Below, one piece after another: positions 43,694 through 56,495 of a stretch of DNA of 64,000 bases; the stretch's first letter is position 1, and every line of letters starts with the position of its first letter. The position numbers were made by a program, and so were the translations under genes. Source of the stretch: Trichinella spiralis (taxonomy: Eukaryota). Where the stretch lies: assembly GCF_000181795.1 (NCBI RefSeq), contig NW_003526943.1, forward strand, positions 5,883,806 to 5,947,805, read 5' to 3'. A model generated the notes under the pieces. That model was not told the origin of the DNA. It did not search any database and saw nothing but the letters and a program-made list of their open reading frames with translations.

Positions 43694-45025
43694 GATTTTA
43701 AACCTGAATAATATCAAACCGGTAAAATATGTGATAGAAAATTTGTTAATACTTTTCTTACTTTATTTAAAAATTATATTGAAGCAAAAAAACACTCAAT
43801 AATACATATTCATCAATAAAATTAATTTACTTTTGATATGGAAAAATTTGTCTACAAAAAAATAATTACTGAAAATTAGGTTATTTAAAGCAAAAGTACT
43901 GTAAATCTGCAAAGCATTAAAAATTAGAAAAGTGATTAAATTGCGTAAAAATTTATTTGTTTGTTTATTTGTTTTATTATGGTAGCATATTTTAATCTTG
44001 AGAATTATTAAATTTTAGAATTTGGTTGAACTGAACTAAGATGAAGCTACTAAGCTGAATAGGGCATAAATAATTTATATTTAAAAAACCAAAGAAAAAT
44101 ATTAACATGTTTGAAATTTTTTCAAATTGAAAAATAATCTTTATAAATATGAACTAAATATATACGTAAATGTTGTGCAAATTAGCTATTTGCCGTTACA
44201 GTTATTGAAAATGAAGTTCACTAGTGATTATAGACCAAAACTTTAAAATTAATTGAAATGAAAATAATCAATGCTTCAAATATTCTACATAAATCACAGT
44301 GCAATAAATTTGACAAATTATTAGAATTGGAAATTATAGCACAAATGAAATTACTTATTTGATAATTTTATGACTTATTCTATTATAGATTACTTATAAA
44401 ATGCTCAAAAAACGAATAAAACAGTATGTTGTAGATACAAAAATTTTGTTTTTTCATACGTGTCAATAACTTTTCCATTCTGCTTAAGTTTTTTTCGTAT
44501 TTTACGTTCACTATTACAGGTTAAACAGTTATTTTTCACTGATTTGAAAATTTCCACCTTACAGTTTATTATCATTAAATGAGAAAATTTACAAGTTGTA
44601 ACATGATTGTTTGAGATGTAAGAAATTGACAATTGTGCAAGCAACTTGATCACCTTATCAAATGTTGATGAGCGGCTTTAATCGATAGCGTGTTGCTGAC
44701 GTTTTTTCTCAATTGAATTTATTTACTTCAGTTTAGCTGTTGGACAACTCACGCCGCCACAAGGCCAACGCTATGCAAACGCGTTCAACAATTTTCACTA
44801 GTTTGCAGAAGGGGGCCATGGGAGAAAATGATTGACGAAATAGATTGATTAGCAAGCGATTGGTGATCAAGCAAATTTTAGCCGTGAAGCGCGGAATTTG
44901 CTTCGCTGTTTGATTGATACAACGGCCGTCGGCAACGGTGAACTATAGCTAGCTAGCTGCGGCAGCGTGGGCTAATTTTAAATTTCCTTTAAGCTACAAA
45001 GTTCTGTGAAAAATTGAATGGAAAA

Positions 45026-48000
45026 ATGACAAGTTGCATGTATTTGAAAAATATCCGCCTACTTTGCATTCTGCTTGCTGCCTGTTTTTTGCCAATTTGG
45101 GCGTGTCCTCAGCACCAGCAGCAGCAGCAATTTTCATTTTCAACTCAAATCAAAAATGACCAAATGGATATTTTTAAAAGATATTATATTGAAAAAATGA
45201 TCGATTTTGGAAAAGTGATATTTGCCGATTCATACCGATCTCCGGTAGAAAATATTATGGAATATTTGCGTAAGCTGTTGGAGAAAGTGCAATATTATTG
45301 TATGGAAATATCCAACTGGAAGAACACCACTTTAAAAGAGCCCTGTAGGGAAGATTTGAGTTTCATGGTTTGCTCATTTTCTGATTTTTTAAATGGAACT
45401 GCAACTAAACTGGCGAAACTCTGTGATTCATTGCCAGACGACGCAAAAGTAGCATGTGTTGAAGAATCAAATCAGAAGATTTATTCAAACCTCTGGGTAA
45501 TTAAAGGTTAGTATTCATCAATTGGAAATTGTTTTCATTTCACTCATGATATAATATATAGCCTCTTACTTATTTAAAAAGAAACAAATTTTTTTTAATT
45601 TTTAAAGAAGTGGTGGTTATGCACTTTTTGTTGTTACCCATGAGGACGACATTATTTATTTTATATAATGTTGCATTTATGTTGACAGACGCTTGAATAA
45701 TTTATTATTGTTCACTAAGAAATGCAGAAATTAAATGAAGTTCAAAAGTGAAGAATTTCTTTCAAATTTAATTCCTTTTATGCATATACAATTTGAAACA
45801 TAACATTCGATATATTTTTAGTTTTGTCAAATTATTCAAACTTTGTTAATTAAAATTAATTTAAACGGCAGTTTTTATATTACATATGTAAATTTATGTA
45901 TACTGAAGTTAACGAGTGTAAAATTAATTAACCCTTTAAGTGAAACGTTTGAAATTTAAGTTGTGGACTCTATTGGTAAGCTTCCGTCTGGTATCTTTCA
46001 AGGAAATTTGCTTTTTCTTGGAAGCTATGAAGAATGCTTAGACATCTCCGTGTCGAGAAACCAAAATCAAAATGCTGGGTAAATAAACATAGCTGCTTTT
46101 CAGTGTTGAATTTCACTTAGTATTTTCAGAGAAGCCAAAGAAGGGACATTTCAAGGAAAGCATTGTTCCATAATGATTCACTTACCTCGATTTCACATGA
46201 ATACAATAAAGAGGCTGCCATTTGCATATTCTGTAAGTTTTCCTTTCTTTTATCTAAATTTAATAATAAAGCTCATCGTTGTGTTTAGAATAATAAGTTG
46301 AAAAGTGACAGTTTGACCGAGCCGCCGTTGCAATGGGGCATTTGCATGCCTAAAACTTGTTCAGCTGTTGAAACAACTAAACTAAGTGATTTGAGTGAGT
46401 ATTTTATTTTTCAAATATATTAATAAAGAAAATATTAAATGGAATTGTACATTATTTTGTAGCATCTCAAGTGTTTTTTTTTCAAATTTTATTCATTCAA
46501 GTATTTTATTATTTTGTTCATCTTAGTGTTATCTACTTATAATTTATTACTGTTTTTAGATAATGGTATTAAAAATGATTTCAGTTTCTTAATAAGTTTT
46601 TCATTTTCATATATGTGATTAATTGGTTTTCAGTTTATCCAAATGCTTCTTCGATGATCAAGATTCGTTGTGAAGAACCGCAAGCATTGGAAGATGATGC
46701 CGGTTCTATTGTAATGGTGTATGCAATTATTTCTATTTTATAACATTTTAATCAAACTTTCATTTTAAAATCATTTTTATTGCAACTGTATTCAATTTGC
46801 CTATTTTTTGTTAATTTAATTTAATTATTTGAATATTTTGAAGTGTTATTGGATGTGCGTTAGCATTTTTGGTAATCGTCGGTTCTGCAATGGATTTCTG
46901 GTATCAATATAAATCAGACACATCGAAAAAGGTTGTAAAAAATTCTCACAGTTCCAAAAACAACTTGAACATTGTAAGAATAATTTTATTATATTTTGAA
47001 ACACTGTTCAATGATTATCTAAGGTTGAATTTGACATGGTCAATCAAGATGGTGCGTCACATCATGCCAACGCAGTTGTTGAGGAATCATGTACTGTATA
47101 ATTTGTTTGATTGATTCGATTATTTGACAACCAATAAATATGCTTGTAGATGACTGGAAGAAGTGTGTAATTTTGTCTTTCTCGATACCGAGAAATTTAT
47201 CCGAGCTGCAGTTAATAAATCCAGATCACATACAATGCATTGATGGCATTCGTGTGCTTAGCGTGTGTTATGCTATTTTTGGATTTAGCGTTCTGTTTGC
47301 AATGAACAACATTGGTAAAAGAAAAAAAACACAAGGAAATTCAACAACAGCAATCTGTATTTCAGACAACGCGTTACAGGCGATGGACATGATAAGCAAA
47401 TTTTATGCACAAATAATTAATTCCGCCGCTTTGGCAGCCGATTCATTTTTTGTTCTCAGCGGGTTCCTGGTGTGCTACTTATTTTTGAATCGTGCACAAC
47501 TTCACAATGCCCTTGATCCAATGCATTGGGTACTGTTCTACATACGGCGTGCCATAAGGTAACCGATGATTTCCATTTTCCAACGTTGAAACGTTTGAAA
47601 TAGCTGAAGATTCTTTTTTTTATGAATTTTATTAATTAATATTCTTTTATTAATTTCTTTTTTTATAGACTTGTTCCTGTTTATGTTGTTTTACTTGGCT
47701 TTGTGGCTTTGTTGTTCAAGCACGTTGGCGATGGACCTCTGTGGACGGGTAGTATACCGTCGTTCAGTTCTCAACTCGGATGTGAATCTTCTTGGTGGAC
47801 CAATTTATTATTTATAAACAATTTTTTTGGTCAAGAAAATCCAGTTTGTTTATTTTTTGTTTAGTTTTTTAAAAAAATATTATTTCATATCTTCTACATT
47901 TCAGTGTATGGGTTGGGCGTGGTTTCTTGCTGTAGAAGTGCAACTTTACATATTATCACCTTTATTATTATTACTTTATCATTAGTAAGTTTTCTTATGA

Positions 48001-49374
48001 ATATTTTTTTTTGGTAATTTTGGAGAAAATAATTAAAGATGATTAAATTGTTGAAGAAAATTTATATTTACAGTCAGTTTGTAACATCTCAAGCAATGTT
48101 GTGAGATTATTTCTATGTGCATCTTAATAATTGTAGCTCCCCTCGTGTGGCTTTAGCCGCTACGAGCCTGCTGATGATAAGTTTTGCAGTTCTTCACGCT
48201 GTTATAGTTGTTCTAAATGATTATCCACCTTCATACGTTGCTACAACAAACTTCTCAGAGTAAGCAGCTTGTTTTTCTTTTGAAAGTTATTCAAATATAT
48301 TTACTCTTGTTTTTAAGACTGGAAAAATTGGATGCTTATGTGAAAAATGTGTTCGTAAAACCATATTCACACTGTTGTTCATATTTAGTTGGAATAGCGT
48401 TGGGCTATTTTATATACAAAATGAAAAATAAACCCTACAAATTTTCCAAGGTAATATTCTTTTTATTTCAGCGTTTACTTTTTTGATTACAATTTATGCT
48501 GCAAGTCATTAAAGTTTTAAACAATACCAGCATATATAATTAATTATTATAATCAGATAAAAATTGTGTAAGATTTTTTAAGCGCACTCGAAAAGTGTTG
48601 TGGATTGTTTCATTGCTGTTCAACGCAACGACAGTTTTTGGCATTTACGACTACGCTAAAGGTGCCGTATGTTCAGCAATGCGATGGTCAAGCACAGCTA
48701 AAGGTTTATACGCATGTCTGAGCCGTTTGTCCTGGCCCATCACCATTGCCATGATCATCATGCTATGCTTGAACTCAAAGAATTGTATGCGATTGTTCTT
48801 CAAGCTAGGAAGAATTGTTTTCTTATTCGATCATATTTTTACAGGTTTTGTCAATCGATGGCTTTCCATGAGAATGTGGAAGCCGTTGAGCAGGCTTAGC
48901 TACTGTGCGGCTCTCATTCATCCAATGATCACCGCAACACTGCTTTTAACGCTCAGAGAGTCTTTTCATGTTACTATATGCAATGTGGTAATTGTAATTT
49001 CTTTTTTTCATAATTTTTGGAACTTTAAAAATTAGCTATTGTATTATAATTTTTTTCATTAGTAAAGATAATATTGGTAGATTTTAATGTTAAAGCATCT
49101 TGAATTATAATCGTTTGTTTTCTTTCTTTTTGAAAAAGTAAAAAAAATCATTTTTGCTTTTGAAAGTAATTTAAATGTAATTTTACTATTAGAAAGGAGA
49201 ACTTCATGTGTTTTTCTTTTTCCATTTTAGATCTACAATGCGGTATCGGTTACGTGCATTACTTATTTAGTAGCTCTGGTGGTGTATTTGTGCTTGGAAG
49301 CTCCACTGAGCAAGTTACGAATCGACATTCTTTCTTACGATAATCTGGCGGATTCATTTACTTTGAAAATTTGA
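45026..49374 (+). CDS. NRF-6-like (nose resistant to fluoxetine) / acyltransferase-3 multipass membrane protein, multi-exon
   Basis: Signal peptide and NRF domain (VDSIGKLPSGIFQGNLLFLGSYEEC, WGICMPKTCS). Acyltransferase-3 motifs CIDGIRVLS, ADSFFVLSGFL, FYIRRAIR|LVP, WWTNLLFINN, CMGWAWFLAVEVQL, KPYSHC, WKPLSRLSYCAALIHP, LCLEAP. Stop TGA at 49372-49374. Confidence 0.92.
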
Positions 49375-50030
49375 AGCCCAAATGTCTTTCACGTGAAGCA
49401 TTGCTGAACAACAATCTCAATGAAAACGATGCTTCATTGATTATATTTTCAAGATTTCAATTTAACAAAAAATTTTTCAAATTTTAGCATGCGAAATGTG
49501 ATGATTTTACCATTTTTAACGTCATTCGAATTTACTAAATGCAACTGAAGTTTCTGTAAATGAATGATGAACTTTGATCTTTTGTGGAATTCAGTCCATT
49601 TTATTAAAAAGAAAAGTTTTTTTTTCTTGATTTTCAGATACAAGTTTACATTGTTGAAGTTTTGAATGAATTGAAATTGACCGTCACTAAGTTTTAATAG
49701 TATAACAGCGTTATGTAAAATAATTTATTATTTTGTAGATAATATCCTTTACATTGGTAGTAGTTAAAATTTACTTTAGTGAAAATTTTATACAATATTT
49801 TTCTAAAAAATTTATACTTTTAATTAAACGCCCTCTATTTTTCTTAAATATCGTTGTTGCACAAAAATATATAATACTGTAAGAATGGAACTTGCACATT
49901 ACAGAACAATCAATTTTAATTATTCCTCTTTATTTGATTTCATTTTATATGGCATAAGTTAATACCAGTGCTAGCCTTTGTCGGTGTAAATTACTTTTAA
50001 AACGGGATCGCTTTATCACGGTTATCATTA

Positions 50031-50708
50031 ATGGACGCGGTTGTAATATTGTTTCTAATTGCGTTCTTCATTTCGTTGCTTGCACTGACGGTTTTAATTT
50101 TGCTTGTACATTCTGGTCTGCTTTTTGAACCGGTGGTCTCTGAAGGTGAGCCACATCTTTGTGCGGAGGCGAAAATAGTATACAAAATTGTAGAAGAGGA
50201 ACACAGTTCTGAAAATCTCGGATATTATTTCAACGAAATCACATCCATCATTACCAAAGCTTATCCAATGGCGATTTTTCTCGAATGTCCCACCGGTACT
50301 GGTAAATTTTCAAAATGTGCCGTCGGCTGTATAATATCGTTGAAGCATGCGGATGAGGAAGAAAGCGAAATGCTTGTCACTTATGATGAACTGAAATTGC
50401 TTTTTGACAAAGGTTATGTACCATTTGTCTTGCCGAGAATAGAGCGCGGTTTGGTTTCTTGGTTCCCATACAGAACTCCGTTTTCCATATGGTTCGCTTC
50501 GAGACGTGTTTATAAGAAAATGAATTCATTTATTGAACAAGGAAATATCAAACCGTTCCCATTTTTGGAATTTTATAAAGATTGCAAAATTTACTATTTT
50601 GCTCCGTTGGAAAAACAAGAACAATGCTTACTGAATGAATTTACGCAGACCTATTCAGATGTGGAAAATAAGCCTCCTGTTACTGAAGAAACGCACATCA
50701 AACATTAA
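50031..50708 (+). CDS. TEX264: TEX264-like protein (N-terminal TM + GyrI-like domain), single coding exon, 225 aa
   Basis: Hydrophobic N-terminus followed by HSGLL..V.VS.GEP, IVYK, KCAVGCII, FPYRTPFSIWFASRRVY and PFLEFY..IYYFAPL. These parallel vertebrate TEX264 YSGLL..VSAGSP, RCAVGSIL, FPYTTILSIWLATRRVH and PRLEIY. Confidence 0.88.
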   Translation: MDAVVILFLIAFFISLLALTVLILLVHSGLLFEPVVSEGEPHLCAEAKIVYKIVEEEHSSENLGYYFNEITSIITKAYPMAIFLECPTGTGKFSKCAVGCIISLKHADEEESEMLVTYDELKLLFDKGYVPFVLPRIERGLVSWFPYRTPFSIWFASRRVYKKMNSFIEQGNIKPFPFLEFYKDCKIYYFAPLEKQEQCLLNEFTQTYSDVENKPPVTEETHIKH

Positions 50709-52126
50709 CATTTAAATTCGTTTTGTTTATTTTACGCTTTTCTACTCACGATTTCATATGTATACCTGTGGGAATTGTAGTTAGTTTGCAATGTACTGGT
50801 ATTGGTATTGCATTTTGCCTTTGTTTACTTTGTTTTAATGTAAATTTATTGACGTATTTAAACAAAAACCTGCACCAAAAGTAAAACTATTCTGACATTT
50901 TGATTTATCTTTTTCTTTATTGATTTTATCGTATGGAGAAACTTTTACTACAGCTGTAGGCGGTCCCAAATTCGAATAATCTGTTCTTCAATGAATAATG
51001 ATTGAATGAATGAAAAACTAATTAACCTTTGTTTTCTGACAAATAAAAAATGCATTTGAATTTTTAATTTAAAAAATGATTCATTTTTGAAATTTTCTGT
51101 AGAAAAATGTTAAGTAGATTTATTCAAGATCTGATGCAGAATTTATTTTAATATGTCAGCAAAGAATAATGTGCATGCATACAGCAATTTTATTTAAATG
51201 TTTTAAACATAAATGTAGAAAAATGTATGTGCATTTTTTTCAATTTCAACTTGGAAAAAATCATTTATTGAAATGACATCATATGAATTTCGATTAATAC
51301 AATTTTTTTGCTGAACTTCATTGAATTTTTGAAATCTGTATACATGTCCTTTTGTGAATACATTATTTTTCGGATAGATTAATTTTCATAAAACATCAGC
51401 TAATGATACTTATCAAATGTTTATTTTTAAACATTCTATGAAATAAATATAAAAATTTTGAAAAAATAAAATGTTCATGATTATTGGACATATACACATG
51501 AAACATATACATTCGACAGTGATTTGAACATAATCCTTCAAATTCAGTAATTCTGAAGTGATATATTAAAATAACATTTCGGATCACTCACTAGTTGTTT
51601 ATTTCATTTTCGTACGTCATCTTTTTAATTACAATTACAGCTTCCATTATAAATATATATATACAATTTTCTACTGTAATATATTTATGAGTTTTGAAAA
51701 CATAGAGCACATTGATCGAATTAAAAGCACGAATAATTTTAAAATTTTGCATAATATTCAGCATTACAAAACAAAAAAATATGATTATCGCAACAATATG
51801 ATCCTTAAATAGATATCTTTTAAATATTTAGACAATTTTCATTTCATTATGAACAAAAAACGATTCATCTTATAAAGCATCTAAACAACAATCTGAATTT
51901 GCATAAACTCTTGCTAAAGCAGATTTCATGCAAACATCATTTCAAAGCATAATTTATTTAACAAAAATAGTTCACACAAACTTCCATTAATTAATTTCAC
52001 TTATTTATGCAAAATTCAAGAACTGCTTATAAAAATTGTCATATAATTGTTATCTAAAGAAATTCCAAATCAAAATGAAAAACCATATCTAATCTTTCAG
52101 TGATTCTATTTGAAACGACCACATAA

Positions 52127-54566
52127 TTATTTCTTGTTGCTTTCATTGTCTTTTTTTTCTTCTTTCTCTTCTTTTCCTTTACTAGATGATTTTCCGGATG
52201 CTTTCTACATAACACATAACGTTATATTTACATCTGAGCATTTTGAATTCATTATTAAAATATAGATATATTATTATTATTGTGCATGTATATACATATA
52301 TACATATATATAGCAAACCTTATCGTCTGTTTTTGTTTTCTTCGAGTTGGATGCTGCTTTTTCCTATCAATCAACAAATAAATATTTGTAAAATTTCCAT
52401 TATGAAAACTTTATCGAATTTTACCTTTCGTTCACTTTTCCCTTTTGACTGTTCAATGCTGGCATTTTTTCCCATCATGTCAGCAAGTTGGTGAACTTCT
52501 TCCGTCTCAGAAGCCCTTTCTTTTTCGGTCGTCTTCTCAACTGAAGCAGCTGACTTAAAAATATAAAAAGCACAAAATAACAAATTATTTATAAAATATC
52601 ATTTTTATTTTAAAAAAGTGTACTTTCGTCGGGTTTTTCTTGGATTCAGCTGTTTCAGTTTTTTCTTGGCGCGATTCGCTTCGTCCATGCGAATCTTGAA
52701 GCGATAATTGCAAAGCTAACAAAATCTGTTCATCTTCCGTCATTGCATCAACGTTTGCCTGAGACGGGCTGGTGTCCATCTCTTCGGAAGGCACTTCTTC
52801 TGCTGTAACAAAATTAAATTAATTGCATCAACTGATTCAACTCCTTGATGGATAAGAAGCAGAAATTAATTCAGTACTTAAATTTGCCTCCGATTTGGCA
52901 GCATTTTCTGTGCCACCTTCAGTTGTTTGTTGCGCTTCCGCAAGTCTCGCCTCAGCTTGCTGACGTTGTCGCTGTTCTTCCAAGCTAACACGCAAAGCCA
53001 TTGCCAATTCTGGATCCTCATTTGGATCGATGCCAAAATCAAAATTGCTACCGGGTATCATTGGTACATTGGGAAGCGTACCATCTTCCCGGCGAACTAT
53101 CGGACTGGATAGCACAGCTTCTTGAAGAGAAGAGCCTTTCGGGACTATCACCAGCTGACAGTTCCTGATGACAGTTCAATGTACAATAAATGAAAACCGA
53201 GTTGATTCGTTTATTATATTTTACTAATATTATCATAACTCATCTATTCATTCATTAATGCAAAATTTATAATAATTTATAATTAAATAAAAATTTAAAC
53301 AAACCATAAATTGATAGTACTTTGTATTACAATTATGAAAAATGTTGTTCACTAATTCGTGAACATGATTGTCATTATATACTGTAAAAATAAATGATAT
53401 TATAAATGTAAAATGTCAAAAAATAAAATTTCATGACAATACTCCCCTAATATTTTACAATATTAACAAATAAATAAAACTGAATACTAATTGATTTAGA
53501 AAAACTGTTACTAAAAATAATCTTGGAATTACCTGAAAAAACTTGATCGAATTTCAAAATCAACAAAAAAAAATAAAAATATTGCCAAATCAGTTGAATG
53601 GAATTTTCAACGTCATGAGAACAAAGCAATAATTATTAATACAAAAACATAAAAAATAATGCACATACTCAGAACCACTACTGTTCATGATGGACGCAAA
53701 CAAAGACAGTTTCTTGCTTTTACGTGCCTCCTCTCCGAACGCAATCACATCTATAGCTATTTTTTCTTTTTTCATCCTTTGAGCTACTTTAAAAATCTAA
53801 AAATTGAAAACCAAATAAAATAACTACAATTATATTAATCTTGGCTTTCAAATTTTACTTCATTATCTGCATTTTTCAATGGACTTCCTAAAAAAACAAT
53901 AATTCGCCCTTTATGGGTTCGACCGTAACGATGTTTCAAAGCCAACTGAGAAACTCTTATGCCATTCAAAAAGTTTGCAGTTCCTCTTGGTATCAGCGTG
54001 TGCAACTTCATGTAAATTTTCCCGTCATCTTGAGTTAGTGCATTTAACAAATTCACGCCGCTAAAATAACCACAGAATTGCATCATGCACCTTAATTTAA
54101 AAAGTTGTAAATGAAAAACTCACTTCGACATAGCAAGAACGCCAACTTGATTTTCCGGATTGCTCCGCAGTTTGCATTGGACAATCAGGGTTATTGCTTC
54201 TATTTCCGCAAGGAGGCGGGTGGGAAAATAATCCCCATTGCGCATGTAATCTGAACTGTCAACGCTGAAATACGTTTCGGAAGGAAATTAAAAATAAAGT
54301 GTAAAACTAATTTCAAAGAATCAACAAGTAATAATAATAATATTTATATCCGTAAAAACATTAAATTGAAAACCCAAAACATTTAAATGAGAATGCAAAT
54401 ATTTTCCCTTACAATAAAATTATAAATCGTTAAATACAGTGGAATCCAGAATATAACACTTTTAAAAATAAAAAAAGAAATCATACACTGCTTTTCATAA
54501 GTAGGCATTTCAGTACTCGGTCATTAAAAATATAATAACTCACCAAATAATTGTACTTTCATGCAT
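52127..54566 (-). CDS. PSMD4: 26S proteasome ubiquitin receptor RPN10/PSMD4, multi-exon
   Basis: MHESTII|CVDSSDYMRNGDYFPTRL..RSNPENQVG (vWA), QLALKHR..RIIVFLGSP, FDFGIDPNEDPELAMALRVSLEEQRQRQ (UIM1), MTEDEQILLALQLSLQ (UIM2), and a charged tail. Confidence 0.96.
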
Positions 54567-55779
54567 TTTGCCCAAAACACACTTCCAATAAACAATACAT
54601 GTAGATGAAGTACCATATGCAATAATCAGGTACATTAAAATTGAAAAACCAAAAATAACAAAAAATGTTGTCTAAAAATGTGCAGAAAGACAAGCACTTC
54701 CTACAAATTACTATTTAACATAAATTAAATAAAACAATTAAACTGATTAATATGATAAAATAGCTGAAACGCATCTTACTTAAATTTTAAATAATATTTC
54801 TTATTTTACACCTAAATATCTTATATTTTACAAATATTAGCAAATATAAAACTGGATGATAGTAAATAAATGAATAATATATATTAAGTTAAATATTTTA
54901 ATGCAGTTAAATATTAAATTAAATATTTTAATGCAGATTTGTGTAGGTTAAATAGAAATTTCCGTTTTTATAATAAATGCAGATATTGTATTATATTATA
55001 TCATATCGTAGCATGAAATCTTAAACAACTGTCAACCGATCAACAGAAGGATTTCTGCATCACTTGATTGTCAGAAAGGTTACGGTAGACAGTTGGCATA
55101 GGAAGTGACGTTGTTGGTTCTAGTGTGCTGGCATTCGTTTGTTTGTTACTCCTGGTGTGGTTAGTTACCTTGATTGTCAGTAGCACGATTTGATAAATAT
55201 TTTAATTTATTGTGCTGCTGTTTTCTTTTGTAATCCTGAATGTTTTTGTCGAAACGCAAAAATGTTAAAAGATTGCAGTGACCGACGTGGTAGTCCTGTA
55301 ACAGAGTTCCACTGGAAGCACATTATAATGAGGCCCCGTACGAAAGTTGTGCCACTTGGATATGCGACTGCACTGATATGACTGACTAATAGATATGATG
55401 TGCCACTCCTGCCTGCCCCCGACCTTCCACTCAGAGGTGTTCCCGACAGAATGACTAGAAAAATTTGAAGACTTTTTCTACACAAGTGACGTACCGGCGT
55501 CGAATTACGGTGTAGCTGGACGATACCTGTTGAGCGACACTACCCAGCGTTAGCTGTACCCGGTGGGCACGCCACAAGACAACTCATTGGACGAACTGAA
55601 GAGGAGCACTGCGACACAGAGCAGCATGGAGCGACGTAGACTACCGAAGGCCGACCAACGACGACCTAAGATGGTATCGAAACGGATGACAGAGGCAACG
55701 ACAATTAGATGAACGCTCTTGTCAATGATTCTGAGTTCAAGCAGAGACTCATCGACGATACCAGGACGCAATCTTGCAG

Positions 55780-56310
55780 GGAGAAGATGACTTTGGGCAG
55801 ATGAATTTGGTGAGCCACCGAATTGAGACGACCGGAGCTCGACCAATAAAACAGCCGTTGCGCCGTCTGCACTGAGGACTGTCGTGATCGAGCTAGTAAA
55901 GGAAATGGTGAAGGCAGGCGTGATCGAACCTGCCAGTGGGCCGCGGAGCTACTCTGTGGTCCTAGTGAAGAAAAAGGATGGCCCCCTTCAATTTTGCGTT
56001 GACTACCGCAAGTTGAATGCTCTAACGATGATACATTGGATGGGGCATTGGTGATACACTGGATCTCGCCTGATGGTTCTGGCAGGTTGAAGTAGCCAAA
56101 GTGGACAAGGAGAAGATGGCTTGTGCAACTCCTCAGCTACCTTCCATGGGCTAATGGGAACGATGCTTGCCGGAATAACTTGCAACTCTTGCCTTGTATA
56201 CCTGGACGACATTGCAGTGGACGAGAAGGCTATGGAAGAGCACTTGTAGCGGCTGGCAGAGGTTCTGCACCGTTTGCAAAGTGTGGGACTGAAGATTTCA
56301 TCAGAAGAGC
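55780..56310 (+). mobile_element. Heavily decayed Ty3/Gypsy reverse-transcriptase fragment
   Basis: DDFGQMNLVSHRIETTGARPIKQPLRRL, VKEMVKAGVIEPASGP..VVLVKKKDG..FCVDYRKLNAL, FWQV, CLVYLDDI..EEHL*RLAEVLHRLQSVGLKI. Stops, frameshifts and internal deletions. The GC-rich sequence back to ~55300 is probably the same element. Confidence 0.85.
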
Positions 56311-56495
56311 GCCAGATGCCAGAAAAAGCGTCGGAAAACTTTTTTTGAAGATCAAAAGCTGCTGTTGATCCTCATTTAATCAGAAAATACAAAATATAGC
56401 ATAGTAAAATAGTATGGCGCATTCTGAATAAAGCCTAATGTATAACATTGAATAATTAATATTAATGTGATGATGGGTTAAAGATGAAATAGCTT

